Positions 51,412 to 61,214 of a DNA stretch of 64,000 nucleotides are shown here, in pieces. The notes beneath the pieces were generated by a model. It had not been told where the DNA came from. It did no database searches and saw only the letters and a list, made by a program, of their open reading frames with translations. The first letter of the stretch is position 1; each line of letters begins with the position of its first letter. Origin of the DNA: Ostreococcus lucimarinus (taxonomy: Eukaryota); assembly GCA_000092065.1 (NCBI GenBank), contig CP000600.1; one strand, written 5' to 3'. Both the position numbers and the translations under genes were made by a program.

Positions 51412-51580
51412 ATGGGCGCCGCGGCGTCTGACAACCGACGAGTCGAGTCGTTTCATTCACCGACGCACTTAGTTTTTAGCAGATTGTCAGTGTTAGAACT
51501 GAACTGAACCTAAAACAGTATCGAAGACTTGCGCGTAGTCGTTGTTCGTTAGAGTACACCGTTATTTGATTACATAAATG

Positions 51581-52885
51581 TCACAAGAGGCGAGCGATTT
51601 CGTCAGTCTCGAACTCGGGCGCTCGTCGAAGGCGACGTATGACGATGCCGACGATGGTGACAGCGACCACACAAAAAAGTGAAGCGCGCGACACGTCTAG
51701 GTCACGAGTGCTGACTACGATTGAAGCTTTCGAGCCCAGACGTGCGCTGACACTCGATGTCGGCGACGCTTCGCCGTTGAGCTCTCTTTGGAGCTCGGCG
51801 AGTTGTTGCTGCAAGCCGGGCATCGAAGGGTGGTCGGGCTTGCGTCTGCCGATCTTTCTGGTGAGCCGGCGAATATCCCGCTTAAGTTTAGCGGCCTGAT
51901 CCGGCGTCAAAGCCGGCGGCGAGGACACGGGCTCGGACGCCGGACTCGGACTCGATGTCGGCGACGCTTCGCCGTTGAGCTCTCTTTGGAGCTCGGCGAG
52001 TTGTTGCTGCAAGCCGGGCATCGAAGGGTGGTCCGGCTTGCGTCTGCCGATCTTTCTGGTGAGCCGGCGAATATCCCGCTTAAGTTTAGCGGCCTGATCC
52101 GGCGTCAAAGCCGGCGGCGAGGACACGGGCTCGGGCGCCGGACTCGGACTCTCCACCGGAGTCGACGACGGATGTGCGTCTGGAGTCGCCGTTGGCGGCG
52201 GGTTCGGTGGCGGATTCGGCGGCGGATTCGGCGGCGGACTCGGCGGCGGCGGGTTCGGCGGCGGATTCGGCGGCGGACTCGGCGGCGGCGGACTCGGCGT
52301 CCCCCCGTTCACCGTGGACGTCACCGACGACGTCACCGTGGACGACACCGACCCCTCACCCAACGCCGCGCCGACGCCCTTCGTCCACGCCCTCGCGCCC
52401 AGCGCCCGCGTCGCCTCTCCCCATCGCTCGATCGCGCCTCCTTCACCCGTTCCGCACGTCCCGATCGCGAGCGCCAAGCACGCGCACGCCCCCGCCGCGC
52501 GCCACCGTCTCGCGCGCGTCGTCCCTCGCCTCCGCGCGTCGTCCCTCGCGTCGTCGCTCGCGCTTCCGCGCGACGTCCGCGTCGCCCCGTACGTCCCTCG
52601 CGTCGTCGTCGCGTCGTCCTCGCTCGCGCGCGCGCGTCCCGTCGCGCGCGTCATCCCTCGCGCGTCCCGCGCGTCCCGCGCGTCCCGCGAACGCGTCGTC
52701 CCGAAGTCGTCCCGAACGCGCGCGCGGTCGGCGTCGAGCGGCGGCGCGACGGCGGTCGGGGTCGGCGTCGCGCGCGCCCGGCGCGACGCGCGCGCGGCGC
52801 CGTGACGGGGTCTAAGCGTTAGACGCAACTCCAATTCGTAGCCCGCGCGCGTGTATTTCGTAACACCATACACCGATCGGCACAT
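51581..52885 (-). CDS. Proline-rich type-I membrane protein with a 66-aa internal tandem duplication (hypothetical)
   Basis: There is a signal/anchor-like 'AAGACACLALAIGTCG', then P/S/N-rich 'PPPSPPPNPPPNPPPPSPPPNPPP', then 2×'EPVSSPPALTPDQAAKLKRDIRRLTRKIGRRKPDHPSMPGLQQQLAELQRELNGEASPTSS', then a TM helix 'LFCVVAVTIVGIVI' and a short tail. The start is uncertain: ATG at 52885 or an internal ATG near 52657. Confidence 0.45.
   Translation of the reverse strand: MCRSVYGVTKYTRAGYELELRLTLRPRHGAARASRRARATPTPTAVAPPLDADRARVRDDFGTTRSRDARDARDARGMTRATGRARASEDDATTTRGTYGATRTSRGSASDDARDDARRRGTTRARRWRAAGACACLALAIGTCGTGEGGAIERWGEATRALGARAWTKGVGAALGEGSVSSTVTSSVTSTVNGGTPSPPPPSPPPNPPPNPPPPSPPPNPPPNPPPNPPPTATPDAHPSSTPVESPSPAPEPVSSPPALTPDQAAKLKRDIRRLTRKIGRRKPDHPSMPGLQQQLAELQRELNGEASPTSSPSPASEPVSSPPALTPDQAAKLKRDIRRLTRKIGRRKPDHPSMPGLQQQLAELQRELNGEASPTSSVSARLGSKASIVVSTRDLDVSRASLFCVVAVTIVGIVIRRLRRAPEFETDEIARLL
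51755..52152. repeat. Tandem duplication, 2 × about 198 bp, 2 mismatches
   Basis: Read directly: 'cgatgtcggcgacgcttcgccgttgagctctctttggagctcggcgag…ggactcggact' is repeated head-to-tail inside the Pro-rich gene. Confidence 0.9.
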
Positions 52886-52920
52886 CGCGCGGCGACGGCG
52901 TCCGACGCGCGTTCGCGACG

Positions 52921-54189
52921 ATGGCGAGCGAGCGCGAGGGATTGTTGCGAACGAACGAACGCGCGACGACGACGACGGCGAACGCGCGCGACGACGACGA
53001 GGACGCGGCGACGCGCGCGGCGTGGACGAGGACGCGCGACGACGAGGATGGCGACGAGGGTGTTACGCGCGCGAGGGCGAGGACGCGGACGCGCGCGTCG
53101 CGCGCGCGGGCGTTCGGGATGGCGTTCGTCGCGTTGTGCGCGCTCGTGGGGGGGCTAGCGCTCGTGAAAGCGGAACGAGCGCGCGGGGCGGGGAGGATCG
53201 ATCGCGCCGCGCTCGGCGGCGCGGCGAGGGCGCAAAACGCGCCCGGACACGTGCCGGGATTGGCCGAACACGTCGAGAGCGTGACGCGGAGCACGAAGTT
53301 TCGGGCGATTACGTTCTGTAATAAGTCGTATTGGACGTTCGCGCACGCCTTGCTGGAGTCGATGAAGGCTGTGGCGCCGTCCATCGTGGACTTTTGGACA
53401 GTCATCGTTCCGGACGAGGCGACGAAGGAGTTCATCGAAAAGGAAACGGCGGGGGCGGGGCACAAGATTGACGTCTACGTCGACGATGACTTACGCAAGC
53501 AAGTCGCGAAGTTTGCCGAAGCGAGCAAAGAAGAGCTCAAGTCGATGCTGTCGTGGCGGCGCGTGCACGCGGTGCAAACGCTCGTGGACAACGACTACAC
53601 GGTGATGTTCCTCGAGCCCGACGCGGTGATGCAAAAGAACCCTTTGCAGCTCATCCACGACCAGCTCACGACGAACGATCTCGTGCTCGGGGCGGACTAC
53701 GGCTTAGGGACGACGGCGCGCAAGCACGCGAACACAAAGGTGATCGTGGCCAAGCCTTCCGTGCAAGGGAAGAAGCTGCTCAACGTCTGGCAGCGCGCCG
53801 AACAGACGTACTCGGGCGATAAGGCGGAGGTTGGGTTCCTTCTTAACGACGTCATCCCGCACATCGACGCCCTGACGGCAAAGATACAAATCCTGGACCA
53901 GACCGTCGTCGGAAACTACCTCACCCACCACGAAAAAGCCGGGCAAGCCATCGTCACGGGGATGGGTTGCGACAACGTCGATTTCAAAATAAACTTTATG
54001 GCGCAGTTGTTGCGACACGTCCAACCGGACGATCCGAACGCCCCGAAGAGCGCGATAGATTACGAAGGCGTCTCCGCGGGATGCGACTACGCGGGCCGAG
54101 AGAAAGTCTTCAAAATTTCGAACGAGTTCGCAAAGAAGAAGATGGCGGCAAAGTTGGGATCGAACAAGGCGACTTCGAGCGATGAGTAA
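52921..54189 (+). CDS. Type-II membrane glycosyltransferase-like protein (nucleotide-diphospho-sugar transferase fold)
   Basis: The topology is a cytoplasmic acidic N-terminus, a TM helix 'FGMAFVALCALVGGLALV', then a luminal domain with 'RAITFCNKSYWTFAHALLESM', 'YTVMFLEPDAV' (DxD-like) and 'LVLGADYG'. It resembles plant GT77-type (Nucleotid_trans) enzymes. The ORF starts at an ATG. Confidence 0.5.
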   Translation: MASEREGLLRTNERATTTTANARDDDEDAATRAAWTRTRDDEDGDEGVTRARARTRTRASRARAFGMAFVALCALVGGLALVKAERARGAGRIDRAALGGAARAQNAPGHVPGLAEHVESVTRSTKFRAITFCNKSYWTFAHALLESMKAVAPSIVDFWTVIVPDEATKEFIEKETAGAGHKIDVYVDDDLRKQVAKFAEASKEELKSMLSWRRVHAVQTLVDNDYTVMFLEPDAVMQKNPLQLIHDQLTTNDLVLGADYGLGTTARKHANTKVIVAKPSVQGKKLLNVWQRAEQTYSGDKAEVGFLLNDVIPHIDALTAKIQILDQTVVGNYLTHHEKAGQAIVTGMGCDNVDFKINFMAQLLRHVQPDDPNAPKSAIDYEGVSAGCDYAGREKVFKISNEFAKKKMAAKLGSNKATSSDE

Positions 54190-54262
54190 ACGACAGAGAG
54201 TACGCACGCGCGCGACGGTCTCGGCTTAGATTTTTGTATAATTCCTACAACGGTCATCAAAA

Positions 54263-56251
54263 CTAACGTCTCGGTCGAACTCGCCGCCCATCGTTCGCTT
54301 CATCGTCGACAGCTCCATCGTCGAGCGCGCGGCGGTCGACGGCGGCGCGATCCTCACCGCCGCCGCCGCCGGGTGTGCTGAGAAGTTCTTGCGTGGGGGG
54401 TATCGTCAAATCGGCTTGCGAGATCATCGCCGCCATCGCATCTTGCTCAGCGATGCCGCCGTCGTGTGGCATCGCGTCCAAAACCGCGGCAGATGTGGGC
54501 GGCGCGAGGCGCTGCACGCGAGAGGCGAGAAAATTGCTGAACGCGCTCATCGCCGGCAGCGTCGCAAGGTTCGCCGCCATGTCTGTCCCCGCATTCGCCA
54601 GATTCGGCAGTGTGAGAACGCCCTGTGTACCATCTACGTTTCGAGCCGCCGCCGCCGCCACCGCTGCCGCGGTCGCCCCGGGGGGGGCGTGCATGGAGAC
54701 TCCGGCGCCGTCTTGCGCGGGCACGGGCGCGCTCGGGAACACTTCAGCCTTCGGACGCAGAGCGCGCATTTCTGCGACAGAGCTTAATATTTCGCCAGCC
54801 AAGTGCGGACATGAAATGTTCATAGCTTCGTAGCCCTCCGTCGACATGACGTCGCTCAGGTTGGCGGCGATGAAGCTCATGCACGCGCGCTTGAGCGCGT
54901 CGGCGTGGTTCAACTCGGCGAGCATGAGAGTGTTCGCTACGGTGTCAACGTCCACGGATTCGCACAAACGTGCCTCGCACATCGCGCGAAGTCTGCTCAA
55001 GTCAAATCTATCCGCGGCGACGAGCAAGTGTTGCGTCATTGGAACGTCCAAGTTGACTTCGTCCGAAGCCCGACCCGTCGCTCGCGGACCCACCAACGCG
55101 CCAGTCGCGTCGATTTCGCCGTCGGCATCCCCCCTGTGCGCGCCACCCAGCAGGGCGTGCGCGCCGTCATCACTGACGCCCGAGCCTTCGCGCGGGATTT
55201 CGTCTGCGTACACGAAGTGCAACAACAAACGAAACACGCTCGGCTTTATGTCGAGAAGCGTGCACACGCCCTCGCGTCCTTCGCGCATGGCGGCTCCTGT
55301 GCGGAGCATGGCGGCGAACACGCTCGAGCGTGACGACAAGATGAGTTTATGCGCTCTAAACTTTTCGCCCTCGACGTCGAAGGTGCAGTCGAAATCAGAG
55401 TCCGGGTCGTGCAGTAATCGAACGAGGTGTTTTCCGATCGTCGGATACGAGGGCACGTTGACGCTCGCCGCCGGCAGCAACTTCATGTTCTTGTTCAGCG
55501 CCCCACCGCTGGTGACGACAAGCTCTATCTCGTATCGTATCACGACGACATCGTTCAGCAGATACCCCGTCCCCGATCCCTCCAAAACCGACCTGCGGAC
55601 GAATTTACGATAGCCGTGACAGTTGCGCGCTTGCGGGTCTTGCCTCGCGCACGAAATTTTGACCGCCCCTTGCTCGCGCTGTCGCCCTTTCGTGATGTGT
55701 CGCCCGTTCCCACTTTGATCTACCAGGGTAAATCTGTGAAACGCCCGCACGACGCGTCCTTGTCCGCTTTGCACCACCCCCAACGGCCTCGGCCCTTCGC
55801 CGATGAGGGCGACGAAGAGCGCCGCGTACGGATCGTCTTGCGGCGCGCTCGGCGCGTTCCCATCGCTCATCGAGCGCTTACCGTCTGGATAAAACAACAG
55901 CACCCATTCGTGTCCGCCCACCATGAACCGATCGCTCGCGATCGGTTCACCGTCGCCCAATCCCTTCAACAAGCTGTACCCGCTTATCGTGTGTTCGTGG
56001 CGCCCGATGACCGTCGTCGTCGACGTTCGCGACGCCGCGGACACGCCCGCCGGCGTCGTCGTCGCCGGACACGCCGCACTCGCCCCGATCGCCGTCGTCG
56101 CCGTCGTCGCCATCGCGCGCGCGTTCCATCGTTCGTGTCGCTCCGGCGTCGAATCCGCCGGTCGTCGCGCCGCGTGCGTCGCGTCGCGCGCGTCGCCCGG
56201 CGCGCGCGCGCGCGCGCGGGGCGTCGTCGACGGCGTCGCGCGCGGATCCAT
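54263..56251 (-). CDS. MATH-BTB (SPOP/BPM-like) Cullin-3 substrate adaptor with long C-terminal extension
   Basis: A MATH domain ('HTISGYSLLKGLGDGEPIASDRFMVGGHEWVLLFYPDG') is followed by BTB ('DCTFDVEGEKFRAHKLILSSRSSVFAAMLR…CTLLDIKPSVFRLLLHFVYADEIP') and then a roughly 400-aa Ala-rich tail. The start is set to the ATG at 56251; the ORF-track N-terminal 190 aa is antisense of ArgD. Confidence 0.7.
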   Translation of the reverse strand: MDPRATPSTTPRARARAPGDARDATHAARRPADSTPERHERWNARAMATTATTAIGASAACPATTTPAGVSAASRTSTTTVIGRHEHTISGYSLLKGLGDGEPIASDRFMVGGHEWVLLFYPDGKRSMSDGNAPSAPQDDPYAALFVALIGEGPRPLGVVQSGQGRVVRAFHRFTLVDQSGNGRHITKGRQREQGAVKISCARQDPQARNCHGYRKFVRRSVLEGSGTGYLLNDVVVIRYEIELVVTSGGALNKNMKLLPAASVNVPSYPTIGKHLVRLLHDPDSDFDCTFDVEGEKFRAHKLILSSRSSVFAAMLRTGAAMREGREGVCTLLDIKPSVFRLLLHFVYADEIPREGSGVSDDGAHALLGGAHRGDADGEIDATGALVGPRATGRASDEVNLDVPMTQHLLVAADRFDLSRLRAMCEARLCESVDVDTVANTLMLAELNHADALKRACMSFIAANLSDVMSTEGYEAMNISCPHLAGEILSSVAEMRALRPKAEVFPSAPVPAQDGAGVSMHAPPGATAAAVAAAAARNVDGTQGVLTLPNLANAGTDMAANLATLPAMSAFSNFLASRVQRLAPPTSAAVLDAMPHDGGIAEQDAMAAMISQADLTIPPTQELLSTPGGGGGEDRAAVDRRALDDGAVDDEANDGRRVRPRR

Positions 56252-56342
56252 CGCGTCGGATCGCGATCGGGTCGGGTCGGGTCGCGCGTCTCGAAGTCGC
56301 GCTCGCTCGGCGCGCGTCTCGATTCGCGTCTCGCGCGGGATG

Positions 56343-57827
56343 GATGCGACGCGCGTCGCCGCACTCGTCGTCGACGGAGCCCGACACCGCGTCGCGTCGC
56401 GTTGCGTCGCGTCGCGTCGCGCGCGCGGGATGCGCGGGGCGTCCGCGACGCCGTTTCGCGCGACGCGCGCGCGCGTCGACGCGCGCCCGCGACGCGTCGG
56501 AGGAGGAGGACGACGAACGACGACGACGACGACGACGACGACGCGAGCGTTCCTGCGCGGTGTGTTCGGCGGTGGGAAACGAGGAAAGCGCGACGTCGTC
56601 GACGCGGATGAGGTGCGAAAGAACGAACGCGAGTGCGTGCTGCAAACGTACGGCCGAGGCGAGACTGAGGTGATGGTTCGGGGAAAGGGTTGCGCGCTGT
56701 TCGACGCGAGCGGGAAGGAGTTTTTAGATTTCACGAGCGGGATCGCGGTGAATTGCCTCGGACACGCGGATGAAGGCGTGGCGCGAGTGATCGCCGAACA
56801 AGCGCGCACGCTGACGCACACGTCGAACTTGTATCACACCGAACCGGGGGCGACGCTCGCGAGAAAGCTCACGGCGACGTCGTTCGCCGACAGAGTCTTC
56901 TTTTGCAACTCGGGAACGGAGGCGAACGAGGGGGCGTTGAAATTCGCGAGAAAGTACGCCAAAACGCGCGCGCAGGCGCTGGGGAAAAACGCCGGCGACG
57001 CGGCGTGGGAGACGGTGAGTTTTGAAAACGGTTTTCACGGCCGAACGTTCGGCGCGCTTTCGCTGACGTGGAAGGAGGGCTACCGCGCGCCGTTCGCCCC
57101 GGGACTTCCGGGGAACACGTTCACGCCGTACGGTGACTTGGAAAAAGCGCGTCAAGTGATCGTCAAAGGTCGCACGTGCGCCGTGTTCGTCGAGCCGGTG
57201 CAAGGCGAAGGTGGCATTTACCCCGCCGACGCCGAGTTCTTGCGAGGCTTGCGAGCGATTTGCGACGAAGCCGACGCCTTGCTCGTGTACGACGAGGTGC
57301 AGTGCGGCTTGGGACGAACGGGTAAACTCTGGGGCCATCAACTTATTAAAGACGCCGAGCCGGATATGATGTCGGTGGCGAAACCGCTGGCGAACGGCTT
57401 GCCCATCGGCGCCGTGCTGATGAAAGAAAAAGTCGCCGCCGTCATGGCCGCGGGCGACCACGGATCGACGTTCGCGGGCGGGCCTTTGGTGTGCGCCGTG
57501 GCGAACGAGGTCTTCGACCGGGTGAGTGATCCCGCCTTCTTAGCCAACGTCACCGAACGCGGGAACGAGTTGAAGTCGTCGCTCACCGAAAAGCTCGCCG
57601 GTCACCCGCGTCTTCGCGAGGTTCGCGGCGCGGGCTTGCTCGTCGGCGTGCAATTCGACTGCCCCACCGCCCCGCTCGTCGCGGCGTGTCGCGCGCGCGG
57701 TCTGTTGACCATCACCGCTGGTAAGGGTGACATCTTGCGTCTCGTCCCTCCGCTCATCGTCTCGAGCGCGCAGGTGCAAAAGGCCACCGACATCGTCAAG
57801 GAGTGCGCGTTCGAAGCCTTGCGGTGA
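56343..57827 (+). CDS. ARGD: Acetylornithine aminotransferase (class-III PLP aminotransferase), with transit-peptide-like N-terminus
   Basis: 'VLQTYGRGETEVMVRGKGCALFDASGKEFLDFTSGIAVNCLGH', 'FFCNSGTEANEGALKFARKY', 'LVYDEVQCGLGRTGKLW' and 'KPLANGLPIGAV' match the ArgD/OAT family. The ATG is at 56343. Confidence 0.85.
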   Translation, partial: DATRVAALVVDGARHRVASRCVASRRARGMRGASATPFRATRARVDARPRRVGGGGRRTTTTTTTTTRAFLRGVFGGGKRGKRDVVDADEVRKNERECVLQTYGRGETEVMVRGKGCALFDASGKEFLDFTSGIAVNCLGHADEGVARVIAEQARTLTHTSNLYHTEPGATLARKLTATSFADRVFFCNSGTEANEGALKFARKYAKTRAQALGKNAGDAAWETVSFENGFHGRTFGALSLTWKEGYRAPFAPGLPGNTFTPYGDLEKARQVIVKGRTCAVFVEPVQGEGGIYPADAEFLRGLRAICDEADALLVYDEVQCGLGRTGKLWGHQLIKDAEPDMMSVAKPLANGLPIGAVLMKEKVAAVMAAGDHGSTFAGGPLVCAVANEVFDRVSDPAFLANVTERGNELKSSLTEKLAGHPRLREVRGAGLLVGVQFDCPTAPLVAACRARGLLTITAGKGDILRLVPPLIVSSAQVQKATDIVKECAFEALR

Positions 57828-58253
57828 TTCGCCTGTTTTTGTTCCGCCCCCGAGATGCGAACGGACACACCGCCCTCGGTCGGTCGCCCGGCGCGTGGGG
57901 TTCGGCATTTTCACTTTCGTGTTCGCGTCGATGCGACCACACGGCGTACGTTTCCTTCTTAATACGCATAAATCACCCACTCGCGTCGGCGCCGTATTGA
58001 ACGCGCGGACCGCGCGAACGCGTCGTCGCGCGCGTCGTCGTCCGTCGTCGCGCGCGCATTGGCGTTGACGCCGCACACGCGCGCGAGGACGACGCGCCGC
58101 GCGCGCTCGCGGTCGTGACGACGGCGCATCGAGGACGCGCCGACGACGACGCGAAATATTTCGACGCACCGCGTCGCGGCGTGAACATGGAGGTGCGCGA
58201 CGCGCGACGCGTTCGACGGACGCCCTAGAGCGTTGGGATAACATCGGCGCGGC

Positions 58254-59485
58254 ATGAGACCTAGCGCGCGCGGCGACGGCGGACTGACGACGCGCGCGCG
58301 AGCGACGACGGCGCGCGAACGCTCTCAGGGAGCGAAGGCGCAATTACCCAAAGAGTTATCATGGATCCCCGATCTCGTGCACGGCGCGTTCTTCGCGCCG
58401 TGCGACGTGCACAGCACGGGGAGCAAAGGCGAGCAAGTCAATTTGTTCTCGTTATCGTCACGACGCTCGATGTGTCCGGCGTGCGCGGCGGAGCGCGACG
58501 TGTTCGACACGATACAGGTGCGACGCGCGACGCGAGCGATTTTTATTTCAAGCGTCGGGCCCGCGGCGCGGACGACGGCGCCGAGGCGCGGCGCGCGCGC
58601 GGACGACGCGACTCGGGGCTTTGAATCGAGCGAAATGCGGGAAAAGCTCGCGGCCTCAGCTGTCTTTCGCGCGGCGCTTTTAGGGTTTAGGGTTTGGGCG
58701 CGTTCGCGCGGAGGCGACGTACGACTGACGCGCGCGACGAATCGTCTCGCTCGAAACGCTAGATTCGAAGGAGTTCGTATCATAACGTCGTGCGCGTGCA
58801 AGACGTGTGTAAGCTCATGGACGTGACGGGTATACAGACGTACATCATCAACTCGGCGCGCGTCGTGTTTTTAAACGAACGCCCGCACCCGCGGTCGACG
58901 AATAAAAAAGACGGGGAAAAGCTGATGAATCATTCGTCGTCGAGCGGGCGCGGCGCGGGGAGTGGCGAACGATATCGCGCGGGCGCGGGCGCGCAGGCGC
59001 AAATGCACTCGGAGTGTTCGTATTGCGCGCGCATTCTTCAGAGCGACAACAACAAGTATTGCTCGATTTCGTGCAAGATGAACGGCGGCGAAGATATGAG
59101 CGCCAAGGGCGGGATAGACATGTCGTACGCGGAGGAAACGATCAAGCCGACGCCGCGGAAGAGTACGCAGGCCAAAAATGCCGCCAAGGCTGAGAAGGCG
59201 AATAGCGACCGACGGTCACCGGCTCGAAACAAGTCACCCGCGAGCGACACTAGCACCAAGCGCGCTCGCGGCTATTCGCCCGTCTCGGTGAAGAGCGAAG
59301 ACGAATACTCGCCCTCGAGCGAAGGCGCGACGCCGATGCGAGCGGTGGCGGCGGCGACGACTGGGAAACGTAAATATAGCTCAAAGGATCGAAACGGCGA
59401 CGCGCCGGTGACGCCGACGCTTCTCATCGTCACGCCCGCGGTGCCGCATCGGCGCAAGAGTAAGCCGAAAAAATCGCCTCACTGA
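58254..59485 (+). CDS. PLATZ: PLATZ-family zinc-dependent DNA-binding protein; 2 exons (58254..58517 and 58763..59485)
   Basis: Exon 1 encodes '[18 protein letters not shown]…[16 protein letters not shown]'. Donor GTGCGA at 58518 and acceptor TAG|ATT at 58763 (CTGAC 40 nt upstream) define a 245-nt phase-0 intron. Exon 2 encodes '[44 protein letters not shown]…[21 protein letters not shown]'. Joined, the two exons are colinear with plant PLATZ ('…IQIRRSSYHDVVRVSEIQK…[22 protein letters not shown]…FRFCSLGCK'). Confidence 0.8.
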
Positions 59486-60007
59486 CGCAGCCGACGGACG
59501 AGTCTCCGCGCGCGCGACGCGATGTACATCACGTAAGATACGACCATTCTTCTCGAATCATTATTTACGACCGACGACGATCCATTTGCAGTGTGACATC
59601 AACGATTGAAGAAAACTTCGCGCGGCGCCGCGAGCGATGGATTTCACCCTTCGCCAGTTCGCGTGTTCGGGCCCTGCCAGTCGCGTCGCTCGGCACCGAC
59701 CCGTCGACGTGACTTTTCGCTGCGCGACGACGACGACGACGGGAACGCGTCCGCGGCGACTTCGGCATGTTCAAGGATGAGAAGCGCACGCAGTACTCAC
59801 CGCTCATGACGCGCGAGGAACAGGTGCGTCGTCGCGCGCGTCGCGCGCGCGCCCGCGCCATCCGCCGGATTGGCGCCCCTTCGCAATCACGACCGAGCGC
59901 GCGCGAACGCTGTCGCGCGCGTCGAGCGCGCGAACGCGCCGTAGACGATGAAGACGAACGATGCGGAGACTGACGGATGACGACGCGCGCGCACAAAGGC
60001 CGAGGCC

Positions 60008-60967
60008 GTGAACGACATGGAGGACGCGATCGACGAAGCGCCGGCGGCGCGTAGACGACACGTCGGGAGTTCGTCGTCGACGTACACGGCGTACGATAAC
60101 CCCATGACGTCGTCGGCGAATGTGGATGATGATTTCGAAAGCGTGCCACTCAGGGGCGCGGGACGGTCGCTGGCACAGCGCGCGCAAGCGCACCTGAAGT
60201 CGCTGAAGAAGACGCTGAAGGACGCCTTCAAGGACGCCGGTTCGGCGTCGCGGACGCCGGCGCCGACGTCGACGTACGGGAACGAGACGTACGTGGACGA
60301 CGCCTCGTTTGTCGGATCACCACCCGCGGGTCAGATGCTCTCGCGTCACCACGCGCGCGCGAGATCCGTGGATTTACGACACGTGCTCGGCGACTTGGAC
60401 GACACGCTCGAAGGCGCTCACACGGCGGCGACGCTTTTGCGCGAGCTTCGCGATTCGGGTGGAGACCCAGATGCGGATGCGGCGACGAACGACGCGTTAG
60501 ACTTGGAGTTGAGCGACGTGTGCGAGGCCCATCGCGCGCATCTCACGCAAGTGGCGGAGATGACGGATAGCGCGGTGAGTTTAAGCGAGGAGCAACTCGG
60601 GAAGCTGCTTTTCACGCTCGAGGAACTGAACGCGGCGGTGCTCTCGATTCGTTCGGACGGTCGTCCGAAAACGTCGACTACGATGCCAGATCCAGACTCC
60701 TCATGCGCCGCCGTACCTCCGAGCGGCCCCCCGTCGCTCGGAACGAGTCGAATCGAGTGCGCGACGACGGAAGAGGAAGAGGCGGCGATGATCGCCCAAG
60801 CCATCGCGGCGAGTCTCTCCGTCTCCCAACAGTCGGACGTCGAGAAATCAGCCGAAGACGCGCTTCCGCCGCCACTTCCAGCGCCCGCGGAAACGGCTTC
60901 GACTGCGGCGGCGCCGCCTAGGAAACAAACTACCGAAGAGCTGCTCGCGAATCTCATCGACATCTGA
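60008..60967 (+). CDS. Hypothetical protein with C-terminal ubiquitin-interacting motif (UIM)
   Basis: 'TEEEEAAMIAQAIAASLS' fits the UIM consensus (e-e-e-x-φ-x-x-A-φ-x-φ-S). The start is uncertain: ATG at 60017, or an upstream micro-exon (59767..59823, ending at GTGCGT). Confidence 0.4.
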   Translation: MNDMEDAIDEAPAARRRHVGSSSSTYTAYDNPMTSSANVDDDFESVPLRGAGRSLAQRAQAHLKSLKKTLKDAFKDAGSASRTPAPTSTYGNETYVDDASFVGSPPAGQMLSRHHARARSVDLRHVLGDLDDTLEGAHTAATLLRELRDSGGDPDADAATNDALDLELSDVCEAHRAHLTQVAEMTDSAVSLSEEQLGKLLFTLEELNAAVLSIRSDGRPKTSTTMPDPDSSCAAVPPSGPPSLGTSRIECATTEEEEAAMIAQAIAASLSVSQQSDVEKSAEDALPPPLPAPAETASTAAAPPRKQTTEELLANLIDI

Positions 60968-61214
60968 TTCGCGCTCGAGAAACCGCGTCTTCTTGCACTT
61001 TCGTTTAGCGCGGGAACCCCTATTTCCCGCTTGTTCATCTTCACTCAACGCAATTTAATCCAAAGATTTGACTAATCAGTACTACATTCTTGCACCGCCA
61101 CCTAGATTTCTATTTTTTCGTTCGGTATCGTTTCGCGCACGCATACGTGGGCGAATCGTTTTGCATTCCTACATCTTCCAAATTCAGTTTCACCGCTACG
61201 TTCTATCCGCTACG

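Noticed and set aside
55923-56342. N-terminal 140 aa of the 634-aa plus ORF, and the 56343–56821 part of the 852-aa minus ORF
   Set aside because: These are mutual antisense extensions of ArgD and MATH-BTB. Homology defines the starts at 56343 (plus) and 56251 (minus).
57540-58343. 267-aa minus ORF between ArgD and PLATZ
   Set aside because: It is low-complexity Arg/Ala. It overlaps PLATZ exon 1 in antisense and has no motifs.
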